In this document: piece by piece, positions 30,297 through 39,849 of the stretch
Position numbering within the stretch: position 1 is the first letter of the stretch
Layout: the number at the start of each line of letters is the position of its first letter
DNA from: Candidatus Helarchaeota archaeon
GTDB taxonomy: Archaea; Asgardarchaeota; Lokiarchaeia; Helarchaeales; RDOG01
Assembly: GCA_019058315.1 (NCBI GenBank)
Contig: JAHPZH010000004.1
Coordinates: 256,001 to 320,000 of the forward strand
Direction: 5' to 3'
DNA length: 64,000 nucleotides
Position numbers and translations under genes: made by a program
The notes under the pieces: generated by a model
Told to the model about the DNA's origin: nothing
Seen by the model: the letters and a program-made list of their open reading frames with translations, nothing else
The model's database searches: none

Positions 30297-30704
30297 TTAA
30301 CTTAAAATTTGCACTAAAACGTTCCTTGATCTTGGTCCATCGAATTCAGCAAAAAATATAGATTGCCACGTTCCAAGTTTTAAATTTCCTTTTAATAAAG
30401 GTATAGTTTCGGAGGGTCCTATAAAAGAAGCTTTAATATGACTATGTGCATTGCCGCCATGTCTATATCCGGCACTTATTGGAATCCATTTTTTTAAAGA
30501 ATTTATCATATCTGTCATCAATCTACTTTCGGCTTCATTGATAATAATAGCAGCAGTCGTGTGGCGTGTGTAAATAAGAACAATTCCATCCGAAATTTTC
30601 GACTTGTTAATCACTTTTTGTACTTCCGATGTAATGTCAACTAATTCAATTTGATCATTACTCCTAATTTTTATCTCATCATAAAATACATTCATATCAA
30701 TCAA
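30297..30704 (-). CDS. yjbQ: YjbQ/UPF0047 family protein
   Basis: 'HTTAAIIINE', 'NAHSHIKA', 'LGTWQSIFFAEFDGPR'. Confidence 0.93.
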   Translation of the reverse strand: MIDMNVFYDEIKIRSNDQIELVDITSEVQKVINKSKISDGIVLIYTRHTTAAIIINEAESRLMTDMINSLKKWIPISAGYRHGGNAHSHIKASFIGPSETIPLLKGNLKLGTWQSIFFAEFDGPRSRNVLVQILS

Positions 30705-30740
30705 TATCCTTCTTATAGCAATTTTTCAATTCTATTTGTT

Positions 30741-31163
30741 TTATTCACCCATTATTGTTAATGTTATTTTGCGATTCCTTGGTTTTTCGTCAAATTCGCA
30801 AAAAATTATTTGTTCCCACGTTCCTAAGAGTAGTTTCTGATTTTTAAATGGGAAGGTTTGACTTGTCTTAACGAGAAAGCTTCTTACATGTCCAGCTCCA
30901 TTATGATCTCCCCAAGTTCTGTGATGTTTATAATCTCTATCATAAGGAATTATTTTTTCAAGAAATTCTTCAATATCACTTTTAACTAGACCTGGTTCGT
31001 ATTCTAAAGTAGAAATTGCTCCTGTAGAACCCCCAACATGCACATTTACGATACCATCGTTAATTCCGCTTTTTTTAATAGCCTTTCCTATATCTGAAGT
31101 AATATCAATTAGATCACAATATGCTTTTGTCTTTAAATTAATAATATCAAAAATTACCGTCAT
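30741..31163 (-). CDS. yjbQ: YjbQ/UPF0047 family protein (second subtype)
   Basis: 'GSTGAISTLEYEPGL', 'NGAGHVRS', 'LGTWEQIIFCEFD..PR'. Confidence 0.9.
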   Translation of the reverse strand: MTVIFDIINLKTKAYCDLIDITSDIGKAIKKSGINDGIVNVHVGGSTGAISTLEYEPGLVKSDIEEFLEKIIPYDRDYKHHRTWGDHNGAGHVRSFLVKTSQTFPFKNQKLLLGTWEQIIFCEFDEKPRNRKITLTIMGE

Positions 31164-31224
31164 AATTTCTTTTTAGATATTGAGTTTTATTTAATTTTTG
31201 TAAAAATTACTAGATGAAATAGCT

Positions 31225-31536
31225 TTATTCTCTTATCATAGTTAAAAGCATTTTATATTTTTTTAGCGCTTTTAAGGCATGAGGTTCATTAGCTGGCATT
31301 ATAATCATTTCACCCTCCTTCAAGTGAATAGGTCTGCCAGAGATAGTAATTTCTACCTCACCTTCAAGTACTTGGACCATAGCATCATAAGGTGCTGTAT
31401 GCTCGCTTAAACCTTGTCCTTCATCAAATGCAAAAAGAGTAACAGTGCCAACTTTTTTATCAATAAGAGCTCGACTAACAACAGAACCTTTTTGATAATC
31501 TATAAGATCCATTAATTTTACTTTTTCTTGTGTCAT
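31225..31536 (-). CDS. Cupin domain protein
   Basis: 'TLFAFDEGQGLSEHTAPYDA', 'MPANEPHAL'. Confidence 0.92.
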   Translation of the reverse strand: MTQEKVKLMDLIDYQKGSVVSRALIDKKVGTVTLFAFDEGQGLSEHTAPYDAMVQVLEGEVEITISGRPIHLKEGEMIIMPANEPHALKALKKYKMLLTMIRE

Positions 31537-32501
31537 TATTCAATCAACAACTTACCCAATTCTCTTAATTTATCAAGACCCCTAATTTCTGTGGGAAATA
31601 GAGGTATATTTACTAAGGTGAAATCCTCTGCATAAATGTCTTTAATTTCAACTAAATTTCTTTGTTGCATTTCACGTCTTGAGGAACAAAAACTGCAATC
31701 CAGATTTTCGGGAAATAATTGATTTATAATTATTGCAGAGCTTGGAATCTCTACTTCATATAAATTTGATAATAGTCTTTCAGTTTCATAAATTGCCATC
31801 ATTTCAGATATCATTACAATAACAAAAGAAGTTTTTTTAGGATCTGTCAATTCTTTATTAGCATTCTCGATTACTTCTTTTAATTTTTTCATTTGATCTA
31901 ATCCATCTTCTTTATAATCCTCTCTTTTTAAAAATGCTTTCATTTTACCCCAAATCTGCCCCATTTTTAGGCGGAATGTAATCAATTTCCCAAAAAAACT
32001 ATCTAATAAGGTAGGTAAATGAAGCAGTCTTAGTGTATGACCCGTAGGAGCTGTATCAAAGACTATTTTATCATATTCAGGTGTAGTTTCTATGAATTCA
32101 AGAACTTTGGAAAAAGCAAGCGTTTCATCTGTGCCAGGTGGAGTCATCGATTGTAAATCATCGAGTCCTTCCATCATAAATCCAACTTCTTTAGGGATTT
32201 CCACATCAGATTCTTGCATTGTCTTCTGATATTTTGAATATTCTTTCTTTGGATCCATTTCAAAGCCATATAACCCCTTCACTCCTTTTATTGGAACGAT
32301 CTCGCCACCGCTTAAATCTTGATCAAAACTATCACTTAATGAATGTGCGGGGTCTGTGGATAAAATAAGAACTTCTTTTTTAAGATTTTCAGCCATCCAG
32401 ACCGATGTCGCAGCAGAACAGCTAGTTTTACCAACTCCGCCTTTACCTCCAAATAATAGGAAGCGTAAACTTTTCTGTTTCACTAAATTTTTAAGGGACA
32501 T
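31536..32501 (-). CDS. ArsA/Get3 (TRC40)-family ATPase, Get3-like
   Basis: GKGGVGKT, STDPAHSLSD, DTAPTGHTLRLL, 'ETERL', C-terminal CxxC (CSFC), Met-rich helical insert. Confidence 0.92.
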   Translation of the reverse strand: MSLKNLVKQKSLRFLLFGGKGGVGKTSCSAATSVWMAENLKKEVLILSTDPAHSLSDSFDQDLSGGEIVPIKGVKGLYGFEMDPKKEYSKYQKTMQESDVEIPKEVGFMMEGLDDLQSMTPPGTDETLAFSKVLEFIETTPEYDKIVFDTAPTGHTLRLLHLPTLLDSFFGKLITFRLKMGQIWGKMKAFLKREDYKEDGLDQMKKLKEVIENANKELTDPKKTSFVIVMISEMMAIYETERLLSNLYEVEIPSSAIIINQLFPENLDCSFCSSRREMQQRNLVEIKDIYAEDFTLVNIPLFPTEIRGLDKLRELGKLLIE

Positions 32502-32581
32502 TTTCTTTTACCTACTAAATAAATAAATTAGATTTACATTTTGGTATAATATTATATGTTAATTTTAATAAAAATATGATT

Positions 32582-33022
32582 TTATTGATAAAAGAACATA
32601 AAAAAAATCATTGTTCCTAGAATAGCTATTAGAATAATCAGCCAATATTCATATTTATAACGCCATAACCCGATTAATAAACACCCAAAACCGGCAGCAT
32701 AAAGAATATAGAAAGCTAATCTATCATATATTGTCACATTATATCCAACGAGAGACCCAAAGATGTTATAAGAAGCGACTGGAACAAAAGGATAAGTACC
32801 TTGCCAGAAAGAGATTAATAGAAAAAATACGACACATATAAAAACTAAAAAGCCAAAAAAACCTATGCCATCTACTCTGGGCTCCCCTTCCTTCAGCTCG
32901 ACTTCCTCTTCTTCTTCTTCCTCCTCCTCCTCATCTAATTCTTCATCTTCTTCCTCTTCATCAATATCTTCTTCTTCAGAAAGTTCCGATTCCTCATCTT
33001 TTGAGTCTTTAGGCTCATTCAA
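32582..33022 (-). CDS. Membrane protein with highly acidic N-terminus and ~3 TM helices
   Basis: ~40-residue D/E tract followed by three hydrophobic segments. Confidence 0.7.
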   Translation of the reverse strand: MNEPKDSKDEESELSEEEDIDEEEEDEELDEEEEEEEEEEVELKEGEPRVDGIGFFGFLVFICVVFFLLISFWQGTYPFVPVASYNIFGSLVGYNVTIYDRLAFYILYAAGFGCLLIGLWRYKYEYWLIILIAILGTMIFFMFFYQ

Positions 33023-33139
33023 AGTTAAATTTCATCCTTTCAAAATGTAAAAATATTTTATAATGTTAATATGGAGAAATTATTTTAACTGTTTTCTCTC
33101 ATGTTGAAAAAGATAAAATAATTTAATTGAGGGCTAATT

Positions 33140-33832
33140 TTGGTCAATAAAGAAAAATGTAAATTGACAGCTGCGAGAGCTGCTGTTGAATATATTAAAG
33201 ATAATCAAATTGTTGGTATCGGGTCGGGTTCTACTATAGCTCATGCAATCCATTGTTTAGGAGAAAAAATCCAAAGTACAGGAATAAAAATTATGGCAGT
33301 TCCCACCTCATATCAATCTGCTATGCTATTAACAGAATATAACATTCCAATTACTACTTTAAATGAGCATCCAGTTCTAGATATCGCGATCGATGGAACT
33401 GATGAGGTGGACCCAAATTTTAATCTTATAAAAGGTGGAGGTGCGGCGTTAACTCAAGAAAAAATAATTGATTCTGCTGCCAAGAAATTAATAATAATTG
33501 CTGATGAATCTAAAAAAGTCAAATTTTTGGGGGAAAAGACCGCTTTACCGATAGAAGTTATTCCCATGGCACTTAAAACAGTAACAAATAAGATAAAAGA
33601 ATTGACTACTGAGATAAAACTACGGATGGCGGTTAAGAAATTAGGACCTGTAGTAACTGATAATGGTAATTTCATTATAGACGCTCGTTTTTCAAAAATT
33701 AAAGATCCAGAATCACTTGAGAAAGAATTAAACGTTATTCCAGGTGTTGTTGAGAACGGATTATTCGTAAATATGACAGATATTGTAATAATTGGTCAAG
33801 AAGATAAAGTGGAAATTTTAGAGAAAAAATAA
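33140..33832 (+). CDS. rpiA: Ribose-5-phosphate isomerase A
   Basis: 'GIGSGST', 'IDGTDEVD', 'IKGGGAALTQEKII', 'VVTDNGN', 'IPGVVENGLF'. Confidence 0.97.
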   Translation: MVNKEKCKLTAARAAVEYIKDNQIVGIGSGSTIAHAIHCLGEKIQSTGIKIMAVPTSYQSAMLLTEYNIPITTLNEHPVLDIAIDGTDEVDPNFNLIKGGGAALTQEKIIDSAAKKLIIIADESKKVKFLGEKTALPIEVIPMALKTVTNKIKELTTEIKLRMAVKKLGPVVTDNGNFIIDARFSKIKDPESLEKELNVIPGVVENGLFVNMTDIVIIGQEDKVEILEKK

Positions 33833-33840
33833 GTTGAAAA

Positions 33841-33951
33841 TGGCGGACTCGCTGGGATTTGAACCCAGGATTCCAAACTTAGGAGGCTTGTGCCTTATCC
33901 ATACTAGGATCAGAGTTTTCTACTCACTGGATCTTGCTAGGCTACGAGTCC
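33841..33951 (-). tRNA. tRNA-Arg(CCT) with encoded CCA and a 33-nt non-canonical D-loop intron (33902..33934)
   Basis: Minus strand GGACTCG..CGAGTCC acceptor stem, anticodon loop CT-CCT-AA, T-loop TTCAAAT, 3' GCCA; strict BHB around the insert. Confidence 0.95.
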
Positions 33952-34026
33952 TTCTTTTCTATTATTTGTAATAATATTAATCAAGATTTAAAAATTTTTT
34001 ATAAGGTATATTCTTATTGAATATAA

Positions 34027-34560
34027 ATGCAATCAAAAATTAAAATAATTCTAGCTACTGAAAAACATCTCGAATCAATAGATGAGATGTATAAGGCATG
34101 TATAAATGATTTAAATGATAAAGGGTTACTCCAATGGGATGAAACATACCCCAATAGAGAATTCTTTCTAAAATGGATAAATAATAAAGAATTATATATT
34201 TTAATGACCGAATCAAAAATAATTGGAGCTGTTGCATTAAATGAAGAACAAGCTCCTGAATGGAACTCAGTAAAATGGAAAAATAAGAAGGGCAGAGATC
34301 TTGTAATTCATGCCCTTGCAATACATCCTGACTTTCAAAATAATGGATATGGAAAAATAATTTATAATTTCTGTGAAGATTTTGCAATTAAAAATACTTA
34401 TAATGGAATACGTTTAGATGCCTTTTCTGAGAATAAAAATGCATTAGAATTTTATAAGAGAAAGGGATTTGAGAAAACAGGAGAAGTTTATTTTACATTT
34501 AAACCTAAAGGGCACCAATGTTATTTTTGTTTTGAAAAAATTTTTGATAATAAAGAATAA
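34027..34560 (+). CDS. GNAT family N-acetyltransferase
   Basis: 'QWDETYP', 'IHALAIHPDFQNNGYGK', 'IRLDAFSENKNALEFYKRKGF'. Confidence 0.93.
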   Translation: MQSKIKIILATEKHLESIDEMYKACINDLNDKGLLQWDETYPNREFFLKWINNKELYILMTESKIIGAVALNEEQAPEWNSVKWKNKKGRDLVIHALAIHPDFQNNGYGKIIYNFCEDFAIKNTYNGIRLDAFSENKNALEFYKRKGFEKTGEVYFTFKPKGHQCYFCFEKIFDNKE

Positions 34561-34851
34561 AAACTCTAGAATCTTATTAATTTAAAATTATCTAATTAAT
34601 TTTGATTTTTGATAAGAGCATAGAACCATGTTACATTCATTATTTATTTTAAGGGATAACGGCGTTTGGGTTTACTACAACCATTATTTTTTGAAAAGAG
34701 TTTAGCCCCAAAATCAAGGAAATCCAAAAAAGCATAAAAAAAGTTTCCCAAACCACAATACCAAAAAATCAAAAATCGTTCACACTTTAAAAATTTTGAG
34801 ATTTTCATAAAACGAATTAGAAAAAAAGAGATAAAAGAAAAGTAAAAAAAT

Positions 34852-36981
34852 TTAGAATTTCAAAAATAGATATTCAACAAGTAGCAATAATTTCATAATT
34901 TGTCGGTATTTAACAACAGTCCTTCTACTACATTTATGTTTCTTCACTAAAGCACTAGCTTTAACATTCTTATTATTCTTTATTATGTCATGACAATCCT
35001 TCATTAATTCCAAAACATTTGACTTTTTTCCCATTCTTCCGTTTAAAGTGTTAAACTTTATTTTGAAATCATCCTTCAAAATCTTGTGCAAATAGCCATA
35101 ACTTACATCATGTTTTTCAGCAAACTTAACCCAATGTTTTTTCTCATTTGGAATTTCCTTCAATTTATGCTGTTTATTTACTTTTGTATTTAACTTTATT
35201 TCTATATCGTTAAAAAGTTCTTTTCTTTGTTCCTTTGATAACCTTTTCGACTTAGAATAATTTAGACCTCTAAATTTCTTTTTAGGAAAATAATTCTTTC
35301 GAATTGTTGAAATGTATGCTTCTGAAGTTTCAAATTGCTCTGCAAATTCTTTTTGATTTAGTTCTAAGCCATTATCTAAAATCCTTTGTAGTTCTTTGAT
35401 TATTTCCTCATTTTTATTATCCTCAGTAAATTGATTATGATATCTCTTTTTGATATAATTGTTGTAATGGTTTATATAATCGAAATTATGCTCATTTAGA
35501 AAATAATGTGTTATTGCCTTAGTTCTCCTATCCTTGAATAAAACTTTGGTTTGCCATTTCCAAGAAGCATAAATCTGTTTTGTATTTTGTAACTTATCAT
35601 AACTCTTTCGCATAGTCCTACTAACCTCTTTGTAAGTTGTATGCCCCATTAAAGCTATTGCCTCATCTGGATTCAAATGATGTTTGTGAAAATCTGAACC
35701 AATAACATACCTAATGTCATGATAATTCACCCATTTCTTTGATTGTTTAATTAATTCCTTTGGTTTAAAATTGAAATATCTCAAAAATTCATCTAATTCC
35801 TCAGATATTGCGTAATCTGTTAAGTAATATTTCTTTGAAACCTCCCGTAAATACACGTTTAAACTGTTTTCATACATTGCTTGTTCTAACTTAAATGGAG
35901 AAAATATTACATGCCTTATCTGAATCTTTGGGTTTAATTTTCCATTGATATACCTAATTCTATTTCTTGTTTTCATGGTAACAAAGCCCAATAATTTCAA
36001 TAACAAGATTAATTTGTATTCAAAGCCCTGAGGTTTAAATTCCTGAAACCTAGCCCTCGATTTACATTGAATGTTGCCATTTTTCAAAGAATCAATGTAA
36101 TATCTAATTTCCTTAAGAATGTTTCTTATAACCGGATGAATGTAAGAAAATTTCAATCCTCTTGGTTTTTTCTTATAAGAGATTACCCAATCATCTTTTT
36201 TCAAAAACCATAATTCTTTCTCATCAAATCTTAATTCGTTTATCAATTGTTCCTTAGTGTAAATATTCTCCCATTTTAACCGGCAAATTTCAATCCTTCT
36301 ACTACAAAAAGCCAAATTCATCATGAATGAAGCTAAATGTAACAAAGTTTTCAAATGAATCCCGCGTACAGTTTTTTGATCCTTGCTTTTCTTTAGTTCA
36401 ATTTCCGATTTATGAGCTAAATAGTCATCAAAGATACAATTTAGAGTTTTCATCAATAAATTTAGATTGTGATATTCTCTTTGTTTTCCAGATTCATCAA
36501 TGTCATAAGGTAATTCAAAACCCTTCATTACAAATTTCTGTAAATCCTCACTTTCAAAGAAACCTAATAGCAAAGAATAAGCCCTTGTTAAATAAGTTCT
36601 AATGGTTGTAATGTTCAATAGCCCTACTTTATTTTTAGCCATTAACCAATTATAATATTGATTAATTACTTGTTTATCAATTTCATGAACATAGTTTAAA
36701 CCTAAGTGTTTTTTTGCAAAAGTACAAATCCCATTTTTATGGTAAATTTGTTTTAATGCTTTTAATGAACTTGGTTTTCGTTTATTTTTGTAAATTCTCT
36801 TATATTCTGTTAATGCTTCATCTAATCGGATTTGTCTATAATCAGTTTTAAATCCCATTTCTTGAAAAGATTCTTTGAATGTATCTTTGAGAAAATCTTT
36901 GAATAACATAGCTTTCTCATCTTTGGATAAATCTTGTAAAACATCAGCAGTTTTTTTCTTTGGAATAATTGCATTAGCCAT
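34852..36981 (-). CDS. Large tyrosine recombinase/integrase with C-terminal HTH repeats
   Basis: SAM-like N domain; 'CSRRIEICRLKW' (R), 'YHDIRY' (HxxR), 'ALMGH', 'KSYD' (Y); three HTH-like motifs in last ~200 aa. Confidence 0.8.
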   Translation of the reverse strand: MANAIIPKKKTADVLQDLSKDEKAMLFKDFLKDTFKESFQEMGFKTDYRQIRLDEALTEYKRIYKNKRKPSSLKALKQIYHKNGICTFAKKHLGLNYVHEIDKQVINQYYNWLMAKNKVGLLNITTIRTYLTRAYSLLLGFFESEDLQKFVMKGFELPYDIDESGKQREYHNLNLLMKTLNCIFDDYLAHKSEIELKKSKDQKTVRGIHLKTLLHLASFMMNLAFCSRRIEICRLKWENIYTKEQLINELRFDEKELWFLKKDDWVISYKKKPRGLKFSYIHPVIRNILKEIRYYIDSLKNGNIQCKSRARFQEFKPQGFEYKLILLLKLLGFVTMKTRNRIRYINGKLNPKIQIRHVIFSPFKLEQAMYENSLNVYLREVSKKYYLTDYAISEELDEFLRYFNFKPKELIKQSKKWVNYHDIRYVIGSDFHKHHLNPDEAIALMGHTTYKEVSRTMRKSYDKLQNTKQIYASWKWQTKVLFKDRRTKAITHYFLNEHNFDYINHYNNYIKKRYHNQFTEDNKNEEIIKELQRILDNGLELNQKEFAEQFETSEAYISTIRKNYFPKKKFRGLNYSKSKRLSKEQRKELFNDIEIKLNTKVNKQHKLKEIPNEKKHWVKFAEKHDVSYGYLHKILKDDFKIKFNTLNGRMGKKSNVLELMKDCHDIIKNNKNVKASALVKKHKCSRRTVVKYRQIMKLLLLVEYLFLKF

Positions 36982-36982
36982 T

Positions 36983-37186
36983 TTATTTAACCTCCATATT
37001 AATCTTTTTTAATATATCATTCAAATTCAACTTATTTTCTTGGTATAGCTTAATCTCATTATTGGATAACCTATACAGAATTTTGTCTTTCGACCTCTTA
37101 CGGATTCTATCATACTTATCCACAATGAGATAGCCATAAACCTTTTCTTTCCAATACACAAGTTTAATTCTTACCGAAATAGCCAC
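36983..37186 (-). CDS. Small basic beta-sheet DNA-binding-like protein co-transcribed with the integrase (possible excisionase/arm-binding factor)
   Basis: 67 aa, basic, 'YGYLIVDKYDR.RKRSKDKILYRL'; stop abuts integrase start, GGAGG RBS. Confidence 0.55.
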   Translation of the reverse strand: MAISVRIKLVYWKEKVYGYLIVDKYDRIRKRSKDKILYRLSNNEIKLYQENKLNLNDILKKINMEVK

Positions 37187-37421
37187 CTTCTTAAAATTTT
37201 TTTATTAACCATTTTGTAAATATACGGAAATTATATTTTATAAATATTTCCGCATATCATCAGAAAACCGATTAAATTAACGATATACGGAAAACCTCCT
37301 ATCTCATTCAAAATCAAAAAATGGGAATTTCTAATCAAAATGGACACTTTTCGATTAATCGAAAAGTTTTTGTTTCAAGCTTACAAGATATATAGTTAGT
37401 TAGATTCAGGATCTGCTATCT

Positions 37422-37958
37422 TTGGTATTGATGATTTATTATAGAGATAAAAAAACAGGCATGGTTTCGGCTTTAAAGAAATATGCTGGAGAAAAGTTGA
37501 TCAATAAGCAACCGGAAGGTGAAGGACTTATCATTATCTATTGGCTTGGAGGTAAAAGGAAATATCCAAAGATTAAGGGGAAAGGAAAGGCAAAGTCAAG
37601 AATAACCTATATCGGAGAATGGGAATATTTCAAACCAATTCCATACAATTTAGCCAAAAAAATTAATTATAAAATCATAAATGATGAGATTATAATGAAA
37701 AAAATAACTGATAAAAAAGATATTCTAACAAACTTTGCTTTAAACTGCATTGATTTATATTCCGGTAAAAAACTATCAGATGAGTTGAAAGAGGGGATAA
37801 AAGAAGAATTCATTGACTTATATAACGAATTGAGGAAATTGATAATCGAACCTGCTGACTCTCCAAAAATTTATGATTCAAAAATACTAAAAAAGCAGGA
37901 TATTACTAAAAAAATTAAGGCACAAGATAAATGGGATGAATATATTCACGGTACTTGA
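37422..37958 (+). CDS. Hypothetical element protein (basic N-terminal beta region)
   Basis: ORF divergent from the integrase operon; 'KGKAKSRITYIGEW'. Confidence 0.55.
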   Translation: MVLMIYYRDKKTGMVSALKKYAGEKLINKQPEGEGLIIIYWLGGKRKYPKIKGKGKAKSRITYIGEWEYFKPIPYNLAKKINYKIINDEIIMKKITDKKDILTNFALNCIDLYSGKKLSDELKEGIKEEFIDLYNELRKLIIEPADSPKIYDSKILKKQDITKKIKAQDKWDEYIHGT

Positions 37959-38148
37959 AATGACTGAAAGTAAAAAAGATATTTTGGTAAGATTAATAGA
38001 TATCGAATTCGAATTAAACGCTACTAAAAAAATAGTTAAGAACTTAGAAAAAAAGATTGATGGATTAGTCGAATTATTGAAAAAATTCATAATAGTTAGT
38101 GAATCATTCCAAGCTTGTAAGGAATCTCTAGCAGAATTCGAATTTTGA
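37936..38148 (+). CDS. Small coiled-coil protein (likely start MTESKK)
   Basis: Heptad pattern; follows the 37422 ORF. Confidence 0.55.
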   Translation: MNIFTVLEMTESKKDILVRLIDIEFELNATKKIVKNLEKKIDGLVELLKKFIIVSESFQACKESLAEFEF

Positions 38149-38326
38149 AATGATTTAATTTCTTTTATCAGATTTCAATTGTCCAGGATTATTTATTTTA
38201 AAAATAGGTAATAATAATTATTAACTCACACAAAATCTAGAGAGATTTTGAATTAAAATATAGGAGATAGAAAAGATTAAACCTTCAAATACATATCTAT
38301 TAGATATAAAAGAATACTTAAACGAT

Positions 38327-39007
38327 ATGGTAATAATTTTTCCTAATAATAAACTTCATAATGCCAATCTAAAAATTTTAAATTCATTTTTAGAAGTGAA
38401 AAATCGTAAGAAACCCTTTAATTGTCAAAAATGTGGATTTTGTTGTTATTTTGATCCAAAAAGGGAATCAAAAGCCGGAATTACACTTCTTAAGGATGAA
38501 TATAAATTCTTTAGGAAATTAGCTGAAAAAGAGCAAATTGATATAAGATTAGATCATCGTGAGAGAGGATTCTTTTCATATTCATCTATTGATGAACCTC
38601 AATATTGTTTTTTATTTGATAAACAAAATAAGCTTTGTAAAATTTATGATAAGCGACCATTATATTGTAAACATTATCCATTATATCTTATGGATTCAAA
38701 TCCAATATTTGATAAAATTAGGATAAATCAGTCTATAATTTTTTCTTATATTCTTATTAATACAGTTTATTCTTGTAGAGAAATTAATCGTTTGTATGGA
38801 AAAAGCACAAAAATGAATTTATTTGAACTATATCTAACTTTAGATTTCTATTTCCCATCAACACTTCTAAATGATTTAAGAAAATTAGCAAAAATATATG
38901 AAAATGAATATTCAGATTTAAATGTAAAAGTAATTCTAAATTTTGAAGACTATATTGAGATTATATATAAAAATTACGTTGGAAATAAACCAGAATGGGA
39001 AATTTGA
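38327..39007 (+). CDS. YkgJ/FliB-like CxxCxxCC cysteine-cluster protein
   Basis: 'FNCQKCGFCC', 'CFLFD...LCKIYDKRPLYCKHYP'. Confidence 0.9.
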   Translation: MVIIFPNNKLHNANLKILNSFLEVKNRKKPFNCQKCGFCCYFDPKRESKAGITLLKDEYKFFRKLAEKEQIDIRLDHRERGFFSYSSIDEPQYCFLFDKQNKLCKIYDKRPLYCKHYPLYLMDSNPIFDKIRINQSIIFSYILINTVYSCREINRLYGKSTKMNLFELYLTLDFYFPSTLLNDLRKLAKIYENEYSDLNVKVILNFEDYIEIIYKNYVGNKPEWEI

Positions 39008-39035
39008 ATAAATTTTTTCCCTCATTCAATATCAT

Positions 39036-39248
39036 TTATTTCTTCTCCCAAAAATAAAACTCGATAGCATCTCCCAGACTTTTAATCTTATTCTCAATCA
39101 AATCCTTTAACTCGGTAAGAAAATTTCTTAATTCAAAATTCTCATCAGTAATTTTTTTGCAAAAATCAACAATCTGATTATTTTTAACCCTTCTCCTGAC
39201 AAACTCTTCAAACGATAATTTCTTTTCATTTTCATCCATGTCGAACAA
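39036..39248 (-). CDS. Small hypothetical protein
   Basis: 70-aa helical ORF. Confidence 0.5.
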   Translation of the reverse strand: MFDMDENEKKLSFEEFVRRRVKNNQIVDFCKKITDENFELRNFLTELKDLIENKIKSLGDAIEFYFWEKK

Positions 39249-39470
39249 CTCTTAATTATTGAGGGAAATCAAAAGTTTGACCAAATCGGGAACACTAAAG
39301 TTCTTGATAGACAAATTTACTTAACAAATGAAAATATTAAGCAACCTAATAAAGTTTGTGGAGTATCTGATAAGTAATAAGTGGAGAATCAGAGTATCTC
39401 AAAAGTATCAGAGAGTTAGAGTATTGTGAAAGTAAAACGGTAAATTTTAAAAAGAAGATTTTCTTGTTTT

Positions 39471-39514
39471 CTAATATATTATCTGGTTTATATAAAAACC
39501 CGACAATATATTAG
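39471..39514. repeat. Palindromic site 1: ATATTATCTGGTTT-ATATAA-AAACCCGACAATAT (arms extend to 19 bp)
   Basis: Inverted repeat with 6-bp spacer; near-identical arms recur at 54758..54791. Confidence 0.8.
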
Positions 39515-39849
39515 TAAATCCCCAAACCACCGTTGGATCCTCAGATATTGAATTATTGAATTTCCCCTGTCACTTTTCAAAGTTAAAATTTCAAAATATG
39601 TTTCAGGACATCACAAATTTTAATTCTCAAAAACCCTAATATCATCAGATTAATTGCAAAAATTGGATATACAAACTTAATTTCATTATTTTAATTTCTC
39701 GGTTTAATTAAATCATTTTTTTTAGTTATAATAAGTATTTAATTATTTAAATAAGAATAATATCAAACAATAAATAGGTAAAATCAAAATTTTTTTTTGT
39801 CATTAATGTAAATAATAACTATTGTAATTTTTGGGAATTTGGTGAGATT

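Noticed and set aside
31536-32501. Arsenite efflux ATPase ArsA
   Set aside because: Single ATPase domain, no ars operon neighbours, and Get3-type CxxC/Met-rich features.
33841-33951. tRNA-Arg as the integration (attB) site of the element
   Set aside because: Its 3' end points away from the element, a GNAT gene intervenes, and I found no duplicated tRNA fragment in the window; the true att cannot be fixed without the right end.
34611-34640. dif-like site at the left element boundary (gataagagcat-agaacc-atgttacattc)
   Set aside because: Arms match only ~6/11; indistinguishable from chance in AT-rich DNA.
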